Below the pieces are notes generated by a model. That model made no database searches. It saw only the letters and a program-made list of their open reading frames with translations, and had not been told where the DNA came from. This document shows, in pieces, positions 49,029 through 58,982 of a stretch of 64,000 nucleotides of DNA; the stretch's first letter is position 1; every line of letters starts with the position of its first letter. The DNA comes from an uncultured Actinomycetes bacterium (lineage in GTDB: Bacteria; Actinomycetota; UBA4738; HRBIN12): positions 52,929 to 116,928 of the forward strand of contig CAVYTE010000003.1 of NCBI GenBank assembly GCA_963771385.1, read 5' to 3'. The position numbers were made by a program, and so were the translations under genes.

Positions 49029-49472
49029 ATGCCGTCGATCGAGCTGATGCGGGAGCTGAACCGACGGTTCGTCGAGGACGTCTTCAACCAGAAGAGCATC
49101 GACGCCGCGGACGAGATGCTGGCGGAGGACTTCGTGGAGCACGCCGACGTGCCGCCGGGACTGACCCCCGACAAGGCGGGTGCGCTCGAGTGGTTCAAGA
49201 CCGCGTTCGGGATGTCCTCGGACATGCAGGTGGAGATCAAGAACGTGATCGTGAGCGGGGACCGGTTCGCGTCGCACACGATCATGCGAGGAACGGATAC
49301 CGGCGGCGCGATGCCGGGCCTGCCGCCGACGAACGAGCCGTTCGAGATCGAGAGCATCGACATCCTGCGGGTGAACGAGGAGGGGAAGTTCACCGACCAC
49401 TGGGGCATCACGGACACGATGTCGATGATGCAGCAGCTGGGGCTCGCGCCGTCGGGGCCGCCGCCCGCGTAG
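49029..49472 (+). CDS. SnoaL-like ester cyclase / NTF2-like protein (tandem paralog)
   Basis: Same family as the upstream gene. 147 aa. Confidence 0.5.
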   Translation: MPSIELMRELNRRFVEDVFNQKSIDAADEMLAEDFVEHADVPPGLTPDKAGALEWFKTAFGMSSDMQVEIKNVIVSGDRFASHTIMRGTDTGGAMPGLPPTNEPFEIESIDILRVNEEGKFTDHWGITDTMSMMQQLGLAPSGPPPA

Positions 49473-49476
49473 CGGG

Positions 49477-50067
49477 TTACTCGAGCACCGCCCCCACGTC
49501 GCGCATCCGTTCGAGCGCGCGCTGTCCGTCGCCCTCGCGGACCTCGACCGCGCCGATCGCCCGGGTCAGGACGTCGACGTCCAGGTGGCGCCCTCGTGCG
49601 TCCGTCACGGTCTCGACGACGCCGTGATCCGTCGTGAGTCCGCAGACGACGACCCGTTGGATCATGCGCGCTCGCAGGAGCGACCCGAGGGTCGTCTCCC
49701 ACGCCTCGCCGCCTCGCGGATCGCGAACGCTGAAGGCCGAGTAGCCGTCTTCACCGCCGATCCCCTTCCGGATCACCGGCGCCGATTCCTCCACGCGAAG
49801 CTCGGGGTGGAAGGCGGCTCCCCATGTGTCGTGGACGCAGTGGACTGGCCAGACACCTCCGTCCTTCTCGAAGTGGGGGGTGGTTTCCGGATGCCAGTCC
49901 TGCGTGTAGACCACCATCGCCCCGGCGGCGGCCGCCGACGACACCTCGACGTTGACCACCGGAACGATCAGGTCGCCACCCTTCACGAACAGGCCGCCGT
50001 TCGGATCGGCGAAGTCGTTCTGGACGTCGACGACGAGCAGGACGCTCCTGCGATCGTAGCCCGGCAC
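49477..50067 (-). CDS. isochorismatase-family hydrolase (nicotinamidase/pyrazinamidase-like)
   Basis: LLVVDVQNDF is the typical start of cysteine hydrolases, and the catalytic Cys lies in VVVCGLTTD. Confidence 0.7.
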   Translation of the reverse strand: MPGYDRRSVLLVVDVQNDFADPNGGLFVKGGDLIVPVVNVEVSSAAAAGAMVVYTQDWHPETTPHFEKDGGVWPVHCVHDTWGAAFHPELRVEESAPVIRKGIGGEDGYSAFSVRDPRGGEAWETTLGSLLRARMIQRVVVCGLTTDHGVVETVTDARGRHLDVDVLTRAIGAVEVREGDGQRALERMRDVGAVLE

Positions 50068-50084
50068 GAACCTAGTATGAGCGT

Positions 50085-50354
50085 GTGAAGCGCGTCCGGG
50101 TGGTCGCTTCCGGTCTCGTGCAGGGGGTCTTCTTCCGTGTGGAGTGCGCGGCCGAAGCCCGCGGCCGAGGTCTCGCGGGCTCCGTCCGCAACCTGCCGGA
50201 CGGTCGTGTCGAGGCGATCTTCGAGGGCCCGGTGGCCGTCGTCGACGAGATGGTGGTCTGGTGCCGGTCGGGACCCGAGCATGCCCGCGTCGACGAGGTC
50301 GAGATCGAGACGCTCGACCCGCTCGAGGAGACGGGATTCCGGGTGACCGGCTGA
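50085..50354 (+). CDS. acyP: acylphosphatase
   Basis: VSGLVQGVFFR signature and GxVRN (GSVRNL). 89 aa. Confidence 0.8.
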   Translation: MKRVRVVASGLVQGVFFRVECAAEARGRGLAGSVRNLPDGRVEAIFEGPVAVVDEMVVWCRSGPEHARVDEVEIETLDPLEETGFRVTG

Positions 50355-50426
50355 TCGCCGAAGCGAGAACTTTCCCGCCGGAGATGTCCGGCCGGGCGGA
50401 GGGCCACTGCTAGCATCGGCCTTCAG

Positions 50427-53400
50427 ATGTTCCTCCGCTCCCTGCAGATCCGAGGCTTCAAGTCGTTCGCCGACAAAACGGTTCTCGAGTTCGCGCCGGG
50501 CACTTCCGTCATCGTCGGGCCCAACGGTTCCGGCAAGTCGAACCTCGTCGACGCCATCAGTTGGGTGCTCGGCGAGCAGGGGCCGCGGGCGCTCCGAGGT
50601 GGTCAGATGGCCGACGTCATCTTCGCCGGCAGCCCGCAGCGTCCCGCCCTCGGGATGGCCGAGGTGAAGCTCGTGATCGACAACTCGGCCGGCCTGATCC
50701 CGGTCCCGATGACCGAGATCGAGATCAGCCGGACGATCTTCCGCTCGGGCGAGAGCGAGTACCGGATCGGTGGCCAGCTCGTCCGCCTGCTCGACGTGCA
50801 AGAGCTGCTGTCCGAGTCGGGGATCGGACGGGCGCTGCACACCGTGGTCGGTCAGGGCCAGCTCGAGGAGGTGCTCACCGCCCGACCGGAGGACCGCCGC
50901 ACCTACATCGAGGAGGCAGCCGGGATCGCGAAGCACCGCAAGCGGAAGGAGCGCGCCGAGCGGAAGCTGGCCGGCCTCGACCAGGACGTGCTCCGCCTGC
51001 AAGACGTCCTCGTGGAGCTCAAGCGCCAACTGAAGCCACTGCGGCAGCAGGCGGAGATGGCCACCCGGCACGAGCAGCTCGCCGGCGAGGCCGACGCGAT
51101 CGCGATCCGACTGTCGGCGGCGCGGCTCCGCGAGCTCTGGATCGAGCGGGACCGACGCACCGCCGGCTGGGATGAGGGCCTGACGCGCCGGACACAGGCG
51201 CGCGAGCGCCTCGACGCGCTGGATGCCCGGGTCGGCGAGGCTGCCGACGAACGCGCGCGGACCGTGTGGGCCCTCCAGGAGGCGGAGGGTGGATCCGAGC
51301 AGGCGCTCGCGGCGAGATCCGCCGCCGAGCTCGAGCTCCGGCGTGCGGTCGAGCTGGAGTCCGCGGCACGGGAGGCGCTCGCGGCCGAGGCGACGCGGGG
51401 CGTCCGGCTCACCGCCCTCGAGGACGACCTCCGACGGCTCGAGGCTCGTGCGGTCGAGGTCGAGGTCGAGCTCGAGGAGCGGGAGCGCGACCTGGACGTC
51501 GCGCAGCGCGAGTTCGAGGCGGCGGCGGACGCCCGGCGGACGATCGAAGAGGACCGTCGCCGGATCGCGGAGGAACGCGCCGTCCATCGCGCGGAGATGG
51601 ACACGCTCCGCCGCTCGCTGGAGGCGCACGATCGTGAACGCTCCCGCCTCGAGGAGTCGCTCCGACAGGTCGAGGCCCGGCGCGCCGGCGGCGTGGCCGA
51701 ACGCGAGGCGCTCGCGGAGGAGGTGGAACGGCTCGATGCCTCGACCGCGCCGCTGTCCGAGCGCCGGGCCGAGCTCGAACGCGAGCGACACGGGCTGTCC
51801 GACAAGGTCGCCGAGCTCGAGGAGGCCGTCCGGCGTCACGAGCAGCGTCGCGAGGTGCTCCGAGCGCGCCTCGCCGACCTCGAGGAGACCCCCGGATCGC
51901 GCTTCCTCGGCGGGCGCGAGGGCCGCGCCATCGGGCTGCTGGGCGGCATGGTCCGGGCGGCCGACGGGTGGGAACGGGCGCTCCGAGCCTCGCTCGGCCC
52001 GCTCGCCGACGCAGTCGTGTTCGAGGACGAGGGCCACGCGATCGCCGATGCGCCGCAGGGTGACGGCGCGATCCTGACGATCGCCCGCGGCGGTCCCGCT
52101 TCCTTCTTCCTCTCGGGAGAACGCACGCTGCTGTCGATCGTCAACGCGGACGCCGCGGTCCGTGGCCTCGTCTCGACCGTTCTCAAGGACATCTACCTCG
52201 CCGAGGACCTCGAGGAGGCCGTCCGCAAGCGCGCGGAGCATCCGAAGGCGTCGTTCGTGACGCCCGAGGGGATCCTGGTCGGTCCGGCCGTGATCCGGAC
52301 GGCGCCGCTGGGCGACTCCCGAGCCGCCGAGATCCGGCGGGAGCTGGCCGTCGTCGAGCGGGACCTCGCGCACGCGCGCGAGGCCTGCAAACCGCGGCGG
52401 CGCCGACTGGACGAGATCGGAGGAGAGCTCGAACCGCTCGCCGCATCGATCGAGCAGGCGGACGAGCACATCACGCGGGCCGCGGAGGCGATGGCCCGGG
52501 CGGAGGCGGACGTCACCGCGGCATCGAAGGAGGCGGAGCTCCTCGCGGGGCGCCTCGCCGGGATGGACGACGCCGCCGCGGCCTGGCGCGAGACCCTTTC
52601 CGCTTCCGAGCCCATCGCGCACGATCTCCCCGAGCTCCCGCGACCCGCGGAGCCACCGATCGGCGCACGCGTCGCGGTCGAGACCCTTCGCCGCGATCGC
52701 GCGAACGTCCAGTCCCGCCTGCACGACGTCCGTTCGGAGCGCGAGGCGCTCGCCTCCCAGGACGCCGACGCGCTCCGGGCGGAGGTGGACCAGGCCGAGC
52801 AGCGACGAGCCGGAGCCGAGGAACGCCTCGCGATCGCCGATCGCGCCCTCGAGGCGGCGACCGCGGCGAGGACCGCGGCCTCGAACGCGGAGCGGGCGGC
52901 CACCGAGGAGGAGGCCGAGACGAACCGCCGCTGGCGCGAGGCCTCGACGGAGCTCGATCGTCTCCGGGAGGTCTACGAGGACGAGGACCGCTCGCGGGGC
53001 GACCTCGAGCGCAGGATCCGCGATGCGGAGCGGGTGCTGCGCGAGGGGCATCAGCGCGATCCCGAACCGACCGTCGCCGAGCTGTCCGAGGCGGACACGG
53101 TCGCCGCGCTGGAACGCAAGGCCGAGCTCGTGCAGCGCCGCCTGGCGCTGCTGGGACGTGTGAACCTCCTGGCCGGCGGCGAGTTCGAGGCGCTGCAGGG
53201 GCGACACGACCTGTTGCACCGTGAGCTCGACGACGTTCGCCACGCCCGCCGGGACCTCCTCGAGGTCATCCAGCGGATCGAGGCCGAGATGGTCACCGTC
53301 TTCGAAGCCGCGTACCGCGACGTCGCGGCCGAGTTCGAGCGGCTGATCGGGGACCTGTTCCCCGGCGGCGAGGGGCGCCTGATCGCGACCGATCCGGCCG

Positions 53401-53813
53401 ATCCGCTCTCGACCGGGATCGACATCGAGGCCCGACCCGGGCGCAAGCGCGTGAAGCGGATCTCGCTCCTTTCGGGCGGTGAACGGGCGCTCACCGCGTT
53501 GGCGTTCCTGTTCGCGATCTTCAAGGCCCGTCCGAGCCCGTTCTATCTCATGGATGAGGTGGAGCCGGCGCTGGACGACGTGAACCTGCATCGGTTCATC
53601 GCGCTGGTGGAGGGGTTCGCCCGCGAATCGCAGGTGCTGATCGTCACGCACCAGAAGCGGACGATGGAGGTCGCCGCGATGATGTACGGGGTGTCGATGA
53701 GTCGAGAGGGCACCTCGAAGGTCGTCGCCCAACGGTTCGACCATCCCGCGACGACGGACGCGGATGCCGCCGTCGTCTCGGACGCGGTGCCCGAGCCCGG
53801 CGTCGTCGGCTAG
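50427..53813 (+). CDS. smc: chromosome segregation protein SMC
   Basis: N-terminal Walker A GPNGSGKSN, long coiled coils, a hinge, and C-terminal LSGGE..DE Walker B. Confidence 0.9.
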   Translation: MFLRSLQIRGFKSFADKTVLEFAPGTSVIVGPNGSGKSNLVDAISWVLGEQGPRALRGGQMADVIFAGSPQRPALGMAEVKLVIDNSAGLIPVPMTEIEISRTIFRSGESEYRIGGQLVRLLDVQELLSESGIGRALHTVVGQGQLEEVLTARPEDRRTYIEEAAGIAKHRKRKERAERKLAGLDQDVLRLQDVLVELKRQLKPLRQQAEMATRHEQLAGEADAIAIRLSAARLRELWIERDRRTAGWDEGLTRRTQARERLDALDARVGEAADERARTVWALQEAEGGSEQALAARSAAELELRRAVELESAAREALAAEATRGVRLTALEDDLRRLEARAVEVEVELEERERDLDVAQREFEAAADARRTIEEDRRRIAEERAVHRAEMDTLRRSLEAHDRERSRLEESLRQVEARRAGGVAEREALAEEVERLDASTAPLSERRAELERERHGLSDKVAELEEAVRRHEQRREVLRARLADLEETPGSRFLGGREGRAIGLLGGMVRAADGWERALRASLGPLADAVVFEDEGHAIADAPQGDGAILTIARGGPASFFLSGERTLLSIVNADAAVRGLVSTVLKDIYLAEDLEEAVRKRAEHPKASFVTPEGILVGPAVIRTAPLGDSRAAEIRRELAVVERDLAHAREACKPRRRRLDEIGGELEPLAASIEQADEHITRAAEAMARAEADVTAASKEAELLAGRLAGMDDAAAAWRETLSASEPIAHDLPELPRPAEPPIGARVAVETLRRDRANVQSRLHDVRSEREALASQDADALRAEVDQAEQRRAGAEERLAIADRALEAATAARTAASNAERAATEEEAETNRRWREASTELDRLREVYEDEDRSRGDLERRIRDAERVLREGHQRDPEPTVAELSEADTVAALERKAELVQRRLALLGRVNLLAGGEFEALQGRHDLLHRELDDVRHARRDLLEVIQRIEAEMVTVFEAAYRDVAAEFERLIGDLFPGGEGRLIATDPADPLSTGIDIEARPGRKRVKRISLLSGGERALTALAFLFAIFKARPSPFYLMDEVEPALDDVNLHRFIALVEGFARESQVLIVTHQKRTMEVAAMMYGVSMSREGTSKVVAQRFDHPATTDADAAVVSDAVPEPGVVG

Positions 53814-53823
53814 CCTGACCTCC

Positions 53824-54813
53824 GTGTGGATCGTGATCGCGGTGGTCGCCGTGGTGTTGATCGCTGCGGTCGTCGCCGGCCTGGTGACCGCCCGCCGGAG
53901 GGACGCGGATCGCGCTCCGACGCGCGCCGAGGCGGGCGCGCGCTCCTCGAGGGGGCGACCGACGGCGACCGGCGGCCTCTCCGCTCGCGTTCGATCGCTC
54001 TTCGGCGCTGGGTCCGACGACCCGTGGAGCGAGCTGGAGGACCTGCTCGTTCGCGCCGACGTGGGTCCCGCCACGTCGGCACGGATCGTGGCCAACGTCC
54101 GCGAGCGTTCCGGAGTCGGTTCGGACCCGGCGGTCCTCGTCGGCGAGGAGATCCGGGCGATCCTCGGCCACGGCGACGGCCTGCGACTCCCGTCCGAAGG
54201 GATGGGCGTCGTCATGGTCGTCGGCGTGAACGGGTCGGGCAAGACGACCACGATCGGCAAGCTCGCCGCGCGCTTCGCGCAAGAGGGTCGCACGGTCAGC
54301 CTGGCCGGGTCGGACACCTTCCGGGCCGCGGCATCCGAGCAGCTCGGCGCATGGGCCACGCGCTCGGGGGCGCATCTGGTCACCCAATCGAGGGGTTCGG
54401 ATCCCGGCTCGGTGGCCTTCGACGCGGCGAAGGCGGCCCAGGCGCGCGGCTCGGACGTGTTGATCGTCGACACGGCCGGACGCCTGCACACGAAACAGCC
54501 GCTGATGGACGAGCTGCAGAAGGTGCGTCGGGTGCTGGAGAAGGCTGTAGGCCGAACGCCGGACGAGACCCTGCTCGTGCTCGACGCCACGACGGGTCAG
54601 AATGGCATCGCACAGGCCCGGGCGTTCGGCGAGGCGGTGGACGTGACCGGCGTCGCGCTCACGAAGTTCGACGGCACGGCGAAAGGCGGGGTCGTCCTGG
54701 CGGTCCGCGATCAGCTCGGTGTGCCGATCAAGCTCGTCGGGACGGGGGAGGGCGTCACGGACATCGAGACCTTCGACCCCGATGCCTTCGCCGACCGACT
54801 CCTCGGTGGCTGA
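53824..54813 (+). CDS. ftsY: signal recognition particle receptor FtsY
   Basis: An N-terminal TM/acidic region is followed by an NG domain with GVNGSGKTTT, DTAGR and TKFDG motifs. Confidence 0.85.
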   Translation: MWIVIAVVAVVLIAAVVAGLVTARRRDADRAPTRAEAGARSSRGRPTATGGLSARVRSLFGAGSDDPWSELEDLLVRADVGPATSARIVANVRERSGVGSDPAVLVGEEIRAILGHGDGLRLPSEGMGVVMVVGVNGSGKTTTIGKLAARFAQEGRTVSLAGSDTFRAAASEQLGAWATRSGAHLVTQSRGSDPGSVAFDAAKAAQARGSDVLIVDTAGRLHTKQPLMDELQKVRRVLEKAVGRTPDETLLVLDATTGQNGIAQARAFGEAVDVTGVALTKFDGTAKGGVVLAVRDQLGVPIKLVGTGEGVTDIETFDPDAFADRLLGG

Positions 54814-54814
54814 C

Positions 54815-55225
54815 GTGGCCAAGGCAGACATCTTGATCGTCGAGGACCACCCCACGATGCGGGAGGCGATGCGCCTCATCCTGGAGCACGAGGGGTTCGA
54901 CATCCGCGAGGCCCCCGACGGCGGCACCGCGCTGTCGATGGCTCGCGAGCGACCTCCCGATCTGATGTTCCTCGACCTGAACATCCCCGGGACCAGCGGC
55001 GCCGAGGTCCTCACCGAGATCAAGGCCGATCCGGCCACCAAGCACATCCGGGTGATCATCGTGACCGCCACCGGTGAAGAGGGCCGGGAGTTCGTGACCT
55101 CGCTCGGGGCCGACGAGTACTTCACGAAGCCGTTCTCGCCGATGGCCCTGCTCCGGACGGTGGAGCAGGTGCTGGAGGAGGCGCCCTCCGAACCGCCGCA
55201 GGCCCCGTCCGCTCCGCCGACCTGA
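54815..55225 (+). CDS. single-domain response regulator (CheY-like receiver only)
   Basis: ILIVEDHP..(D) and the phospho-acceptor region DLMFLDLNIPG with T/K downstream. There is no output domain. Confidence 0.65.
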   Translation: MAKADILIVEDHPTMREAMRLILEHEGFDIREAPDGGTALSMARERPPDLMFLDLNIPGTSGAEVLTEIKADPATKHIRVIIVTATGEEGREFVTSLGADEYFTKPFSPMALLRTVEQVLEEAPSEPPQAPSAPPT

Positions 55226-55256
55226 TCCGCCTGCCGGCGCGTACCCTGGACCTCTG

Positions 55257-56597
55257 ATGTTCGACACGCTCACGGGTCGTCTCGACGGCATCTTCAAGAA
55301 GCTGCGGTCGCGCGGGAAGCTCCATCCGAAGCAGGTGGACAACGCGCTCACCGACATGCGGACGGCACTGCTCGATGCCGACGTGGCGGTGGAGGTCGCC
55401 GACGGCCTGCTGACGAGGGTCCGAGAACGCGCGTTGTCCGACGAGGTGATGAAGAGTCTCACCCCCGCCCAGCAGGTGGTGAAGGTCGTCCGCGACGAGC
55501 TCCAGACCACGATGGGGGGGACGCAGACGGCGTTCACGCTGCCATCGTCGAAGCCCGCGGTCGTGATGATGGCCGGCGTCCAGGGTTCGGGGAAGACGAC
55601 GGCGAGCGCGAAGCTCGCGCTGTACATCCGATCGAAGGGCAAACGACCGCTGCTCGCGGCCGCGGACCTGTGGCGGCCCGCGGCGGTCGAGCAGCTCGTG
55701 ACGCTCGGCTCCGAGGTCGGGGTCGACGTCGTCTCCGACGGCAGGGACGCCGTCAAGGTCGCGAAGAGCGCACTGAAGCACGCCGATCGCGAGGGCTACG
55801 ACGTCCTCATCATCGACACCGCCGGCCGCCTGCACGTCGACGAGGACATGATGCGCGAGGCGCGCCGGGTCAAGGACGCGGCGAGCCCGCACCACGTCCT
55901 TATGGCGTGCGACGCGATGACCGGTCAGGACGCGGTCGTGCAGGCGCGGGCGTTCATGCGCGAGGTCGACACGACCGGGTTCGTGCTGACGAAGCTCGAC
56001 GGCGACGCGCGCGGTGGCGCCGCGCTCTCGATCACCGAGGTGACCGGGCGCCCGGTGTATTTCGTCGGGACGGGTGAGAAGCCGGAGGATCTCGAGCCCT
56101 TCTACCCCGACCGGATGGCTTCCCGGATCATGGGGATGGGAGACGTCCTGTCGCTGATCGACAAGGCCCAGGAGGGTATGGACGTCGAGAAGGCCGCCGA
56201 GGCGGCCGAGAAGCTCGTTTCCGCGAAGTTCACGCTCGAGGACTTCCTCACGCAGATGCAGGAGGTTCGCAAGCTCGGCCCCCTCCAGGACATCCTCGCG
56301 ATGTTGCCCGGCGTGCCGGGTGGGAAGAACGCGCTCAAGGACCTGCAGGTCGACGACGGGCAGATCGGGCGGGCGGAGGCGATCATCCGATCCATGACCC
56401 TGGAGGAGCGACGCGAACCCGCTATCATCGGCGGGTCCCGGCGCCTGCGCATCGCCCGGGGGTCCGGCGTGACCACCGCGGAAGTGAACGCCCTGCTGAA
56501 GGAGTTCGAGCAGGCCCGGAAGCTGATGAAGAGCATGCTGGGCGGCAAGCGGATGCCCCGGATCCCAGGGATGCCGAACCTCCCGGGGATGGGTTGA
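55257..56597 (+). CDS. ffh: signal recognition particle protein Ffh
   Basis: NG domain motifs [14 protein letters not shown] and TKLDG, plus the Met-rich M domain. Confidence 0.9.
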   Translation: MFDTLTGRLDGIFKKLRSRGKLHPKQVDNALTDMRTALLDADVAVEVADGLLTRVRERALSDEVMKSLTPAQQVVKVVRDELQTTMGGTQTAFTLPSSKPAVVMMAGVQGSGKTTASAKLALYIRSKGKRPLLAAADLWRPAAVEQLVTLGSEVGVDVVSDGRDAVKVAKSALKHADREGYDVLIIDTAGRLHVDEDMMREARRVKDAASPHHVLMACDAMTGQDAVVQARAFMREVDTTGFVLTKLDGDARGGAALSITEVTGRPVYFVGTGEKPEDLEPFYPDRMASRIMGMGDVLSLIDKAQEGMDVEKAAEAAEKLVSAKFTLEDFLTQMQEVRKLGPLQDILAMLPGVPGGKNALKDLQVDDGQIGRAEAIIRSMTLEERREPAIIGGSRRLRIARGSGVTTAEVNALLKEFEQARKLMKSMLGGKRMPRIPGMPNLPGMG

Positions 56598-56607
56598 GGA
56601 GCGCGAG

Positions 56608-56901
56608 ATGGCCGTACGGATCAGGTTGAGGAGACTGGGCGCGAAGAAGCGCCCCTACTACCGCGTCGTCGTCGCGGATCAGCGGAGCCCGCGCGACGGG
56701 CGGTTCATCGAGAACATCGGCATCTATCAGCCGCTCGAGGACCCGTCGGTGATCCAGATCGACGAAGAGCGCGCACTGCACTGGCTCCGTGTGGGCGCGC
56801 AACCGTCGAATACGGTCCGGGTGCTGATGAGCAAGGTCGGCATCTGGGACACGTTCTCGGCGGAGAAGGCCGGCGGCAAGGCAGGCGCCGGGGCGTCCTG
56901 A
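56608..56901 (+). CDS. rpsP: 30S ribosomal protein S16
   Basis: [24 protein letters not shown]. Confidence 0.9.
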   Translation: MAVRIRLRRLGAKKRPYYRVVVADQRSPRDGRFIENIGIYQPLEDPSVIQIDEERALHWLRVGAQPSNTVRVLMSKVGIWDTFSAEKAGGKAGAGAS

Positions 56902-56906
56902 CGGAC

Positions 56907-57140
56907 GTGCGCGACCTCCTCGAGTTCATCGCGCGCGAGCTCGTCGACGAGCCCGACGCCGTCCGCGTGGAGGAGGTCGAGGACGCTCGGGGCGTCCTAT
57001 TGACCCTCCGCGTCGCACCCGACGACATGGGCAAGGTGATCGGTCGGGGCGGCCGGACCGCCCGCGCGATCCGTTCCGTCGTCAAGGCCGGCGGCCTGCG
57101 CGCCGGCATCCACCACGTCGGCGTGGAGATCGTCGACTGA
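56907..57140 (+). CDS. KH-domain RNA-binding protein (UPF0109/YlqC family)
   Basis: GKVIGRGGRTARAIR matches the KH GxxG loop. Conserved position between rpsP and rimM. Confidence 0.7.
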   Translation: MRDLLEFIARELVDEPDAVRVEEVEDARGVLLTLRVAPDDMGKVIGRGGRTARAIRSVVKAGGLRAGIHHVGVEIVD

Positions 57141-57646
57141 CCAGCGACGAGCCGACCGTCGCGGTCGGCCGGATCGGGAAGGCGCACGGCGTGCACGGCG
57201 AGGTCACCGTGCTCGTCCTGTCGGACGTGGCGGATCGCTTCTCCGAGGGCGCCGAGCTCCGGCTCGAGGACGGCCGGGTCCTGACGGTCGCGGCGGCGCG
57301 ACCACACAAGGACCGGCTCCTCGTGCGCTTCGAAGGGGTCGAGGATCGAGCGCAGGCGGAGGCGCTCCAGACGTCGCTGCTCGTCGTCCCCGCCTCCGCG
57401 TCGCCGGAGCTGCCCGAAGGCTCGTGGTGGGACCATCAGATCGACGGTTGCACCCTCGAGACGGACACGGGGCGCGCGCTCGGCACGGTCCGCGAGGTCA
57501 TCCACACGGCGGCGAACGACGTCTGGTCGGCCGTCGACGACGCGGGGGTCGAGACCCTGATCCCCGTCCTCAAGGACGTCGTCGTGAGCGTGGACGTCGA
57601 CGGCGGACGGATCGTCATCCGCGAGATCCCAGGCCTCACGACCTGA
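57137..57646 (+). CDS. rimM: 16S rRNA processing protein RimM
   Basis: The conserved N-terminus VAVGRIGKAHGVHGEV requires a non-ATG/GTG/TTG start (CTG at 57137). The first canonical start, GTG at 57191, would remove this motif. Confidence 0.7.
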   Translation: MTSDEPTVAVGRIGKAHGVHGEVTVLVLSDVADRFSEGAELRLEDGRVLTVAAARPHKDRLLVRFEGVEDRAQAEALQTSLLVVPASASPELPEGSWWDHQIDGCTLETDTGRALGTVREVIHTAANDVWSAVDDAGVETLIPVLKDVVVSVDVDGGRIVIREIPGLTT

Positions 57647-57685
57647 TCATCGGAACGCGATCCGCCGATTCGGTGTAGTCGGGGT

Positions 57686-58246
57686 ATGTTCCGGCGCCTG
57701 TTCCTCCCCGGCATCGTGGGTGTGCTGGTCCTCGCTCCGTCGATCCCCGCATCCGCGAAGATCCCTCCGTTCACGATCGAGGTCTCTCCGGTCGTCCCCC
57801 GGGTCGGTGAGACGGTGCGGCTCACCGTTCGCTTCTGGAACGACGTTGGACACACGGATCGCGCACGCTGGCCCGATATGGGAGCGTTCCGGAAGTTCCT
57901 GTGGGCGCACCCAATCGGTCGAGCAGACGCGGATGCGATCCCGATCGACGTCCACTTCGTCCGTCCTGGTGTGTATCGAGGCACCGCCGTTCTCTCGGCC
58001 GCCGGGCGGTGGGCGATGTGTGCGTGGTCGGTCCCGTGCTCGACGGACCAACCGGCAGCCGGTTACCCGGGACGTCTCGAGCTCGAAGTCACGACTGCCT
58101 CGCAGCCGGTTCCTTCGCTCCTGCAGCGGCGATCACCTCCAGGGCAGGCGACACGGGGCGTCCCGCTCCCAACGATCGCCGGGGTCGTTCTCGTCTCGGC
58201 CGTGGCGGCGACTGCCGCCCGGATCCGCGGGACTCGTCGAAGCTGA
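57686..58246 (+). CDS. hypothetical secreted protein with a C-terminal membrane anchor, inserted between rimM and trmD
   Basis: Signal peptide MFRRLFLPGIVGVLVLAPSIPASA. C-terminus LPTIAGVVLVSAVAATAARIRGTRRS. No family was recognised. Confidence 0.45.
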   Translation: MFRRLFLPGIVGVLVLAPSIPASAKIPPFTIEVSPVVPRVGETVRLTVRFWNDVGHTDRARWPDMGAFRKFLWAHPIGRADADAIPIDVHFVRPGVYRGTAVLSAAGRWAMCAWSVPCSTDQPAAGYPGRLELEVTTASQPVPSLLQRRSPPGQATRGVPLPTIAGVVLVSAVAATAARIRGTRRS

Positions 58247-58265
58247 CCGTTGTTAGCCTGCCCGG

Positions 58266-58940
58266 ATGCGGATCGACATCCTGACGATCTTCCCCGGCGT
58301 GTTCGAGGGACCGCTCCGCGAGAGCCTGCTCGGCAAGGCCGCTGAGGTGGGAACGCTCGACATCCGCGTGCGCGACATCCGTGACTTCACGACCGACAAG
58401 CACCGGCAGGTCGACGACGTCTCGTACGGTGGCGGACCGGGGATGGTGATGAAGCCTGAGCCGCTGTTCGATGCGGTCGAGTCACTCGGGGAGGGGACCA
58501 AACGCTTGATCGTGCTCTCGCCGGCCGGACGTAGGCTCGACCAAACGCTCGTCCGGGAGCTGGCCGATGAACCCTGGCTCGTCCTGATCTGCGGGCGGTA
58601 CGAGGGAGTCGACGAGCGTGTCGTCGAGGGTCTGCCCGCGGAGGAGCTTTCGATCGGCGACTACGTGCTCTCCGGCGGCGAGGTCCCCGCCCTCGTCGTG
58701 CTCGAGGCCGTGACGCGTCTCGTGCCCGGCGTGATCGGACGCGAGGAGTCGCACCGGCGGGACTCGTTCGGCGACGACGGGCTCCTGGACCACCCGCACT
58801 ACACGCGGCCGCCGGAGTTCCGAGGGATGGCCGTTCCCGACGTCCTGCAGTCCGGCGACCACGCCGAGATCGAACGCTGGCGCCGCGAAGCGGCGCTCGA
58901 GAAGACCCGCCGCAACCGCCCCGACCTGCTCGAACGCTGA
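58266..58940 (+). CDS. trmD: tRNA (guanine37-N1)-methyltransferase
   Basis: [10 protein letters not shown] start and the SPOUT knot region. Confidence 0.9.
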   Translation: MRIDILTIFPGVFEGPLRESLLGKAAEVGTLDIRVRDIRDFTTDKHRQVDDVSYGGGPGMVMKPEPLFDAVESLGEGTKRLIVLSPAGRRLDQTLVRELADEPWLVLICGRYEGVDERVVEGLPAEELSIGDYVLSGGEVPALVVLEAVTRLVPGVIGREESHRRDSFGDDGLLDHPHYTRPPEFRGMAVPDVLQSGDHAEIERWRREAALEKTRRNRPDLLER

Positions 58941-58982
58941 CCGGGCGCCGTACGCCTGCCTGTTACCATGAGGCCTCCCGTC

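Noticed and set aside
49983-54590. 1535-aa minus-strand ORF
   Set aside because: It is antisense to smc and ftsY, whose plus-strand products have clear motifs. The minus-strand translation is Arg/Ala/Pro-rich low complexity, typical of open alternative frames in 70%-GC DNA.
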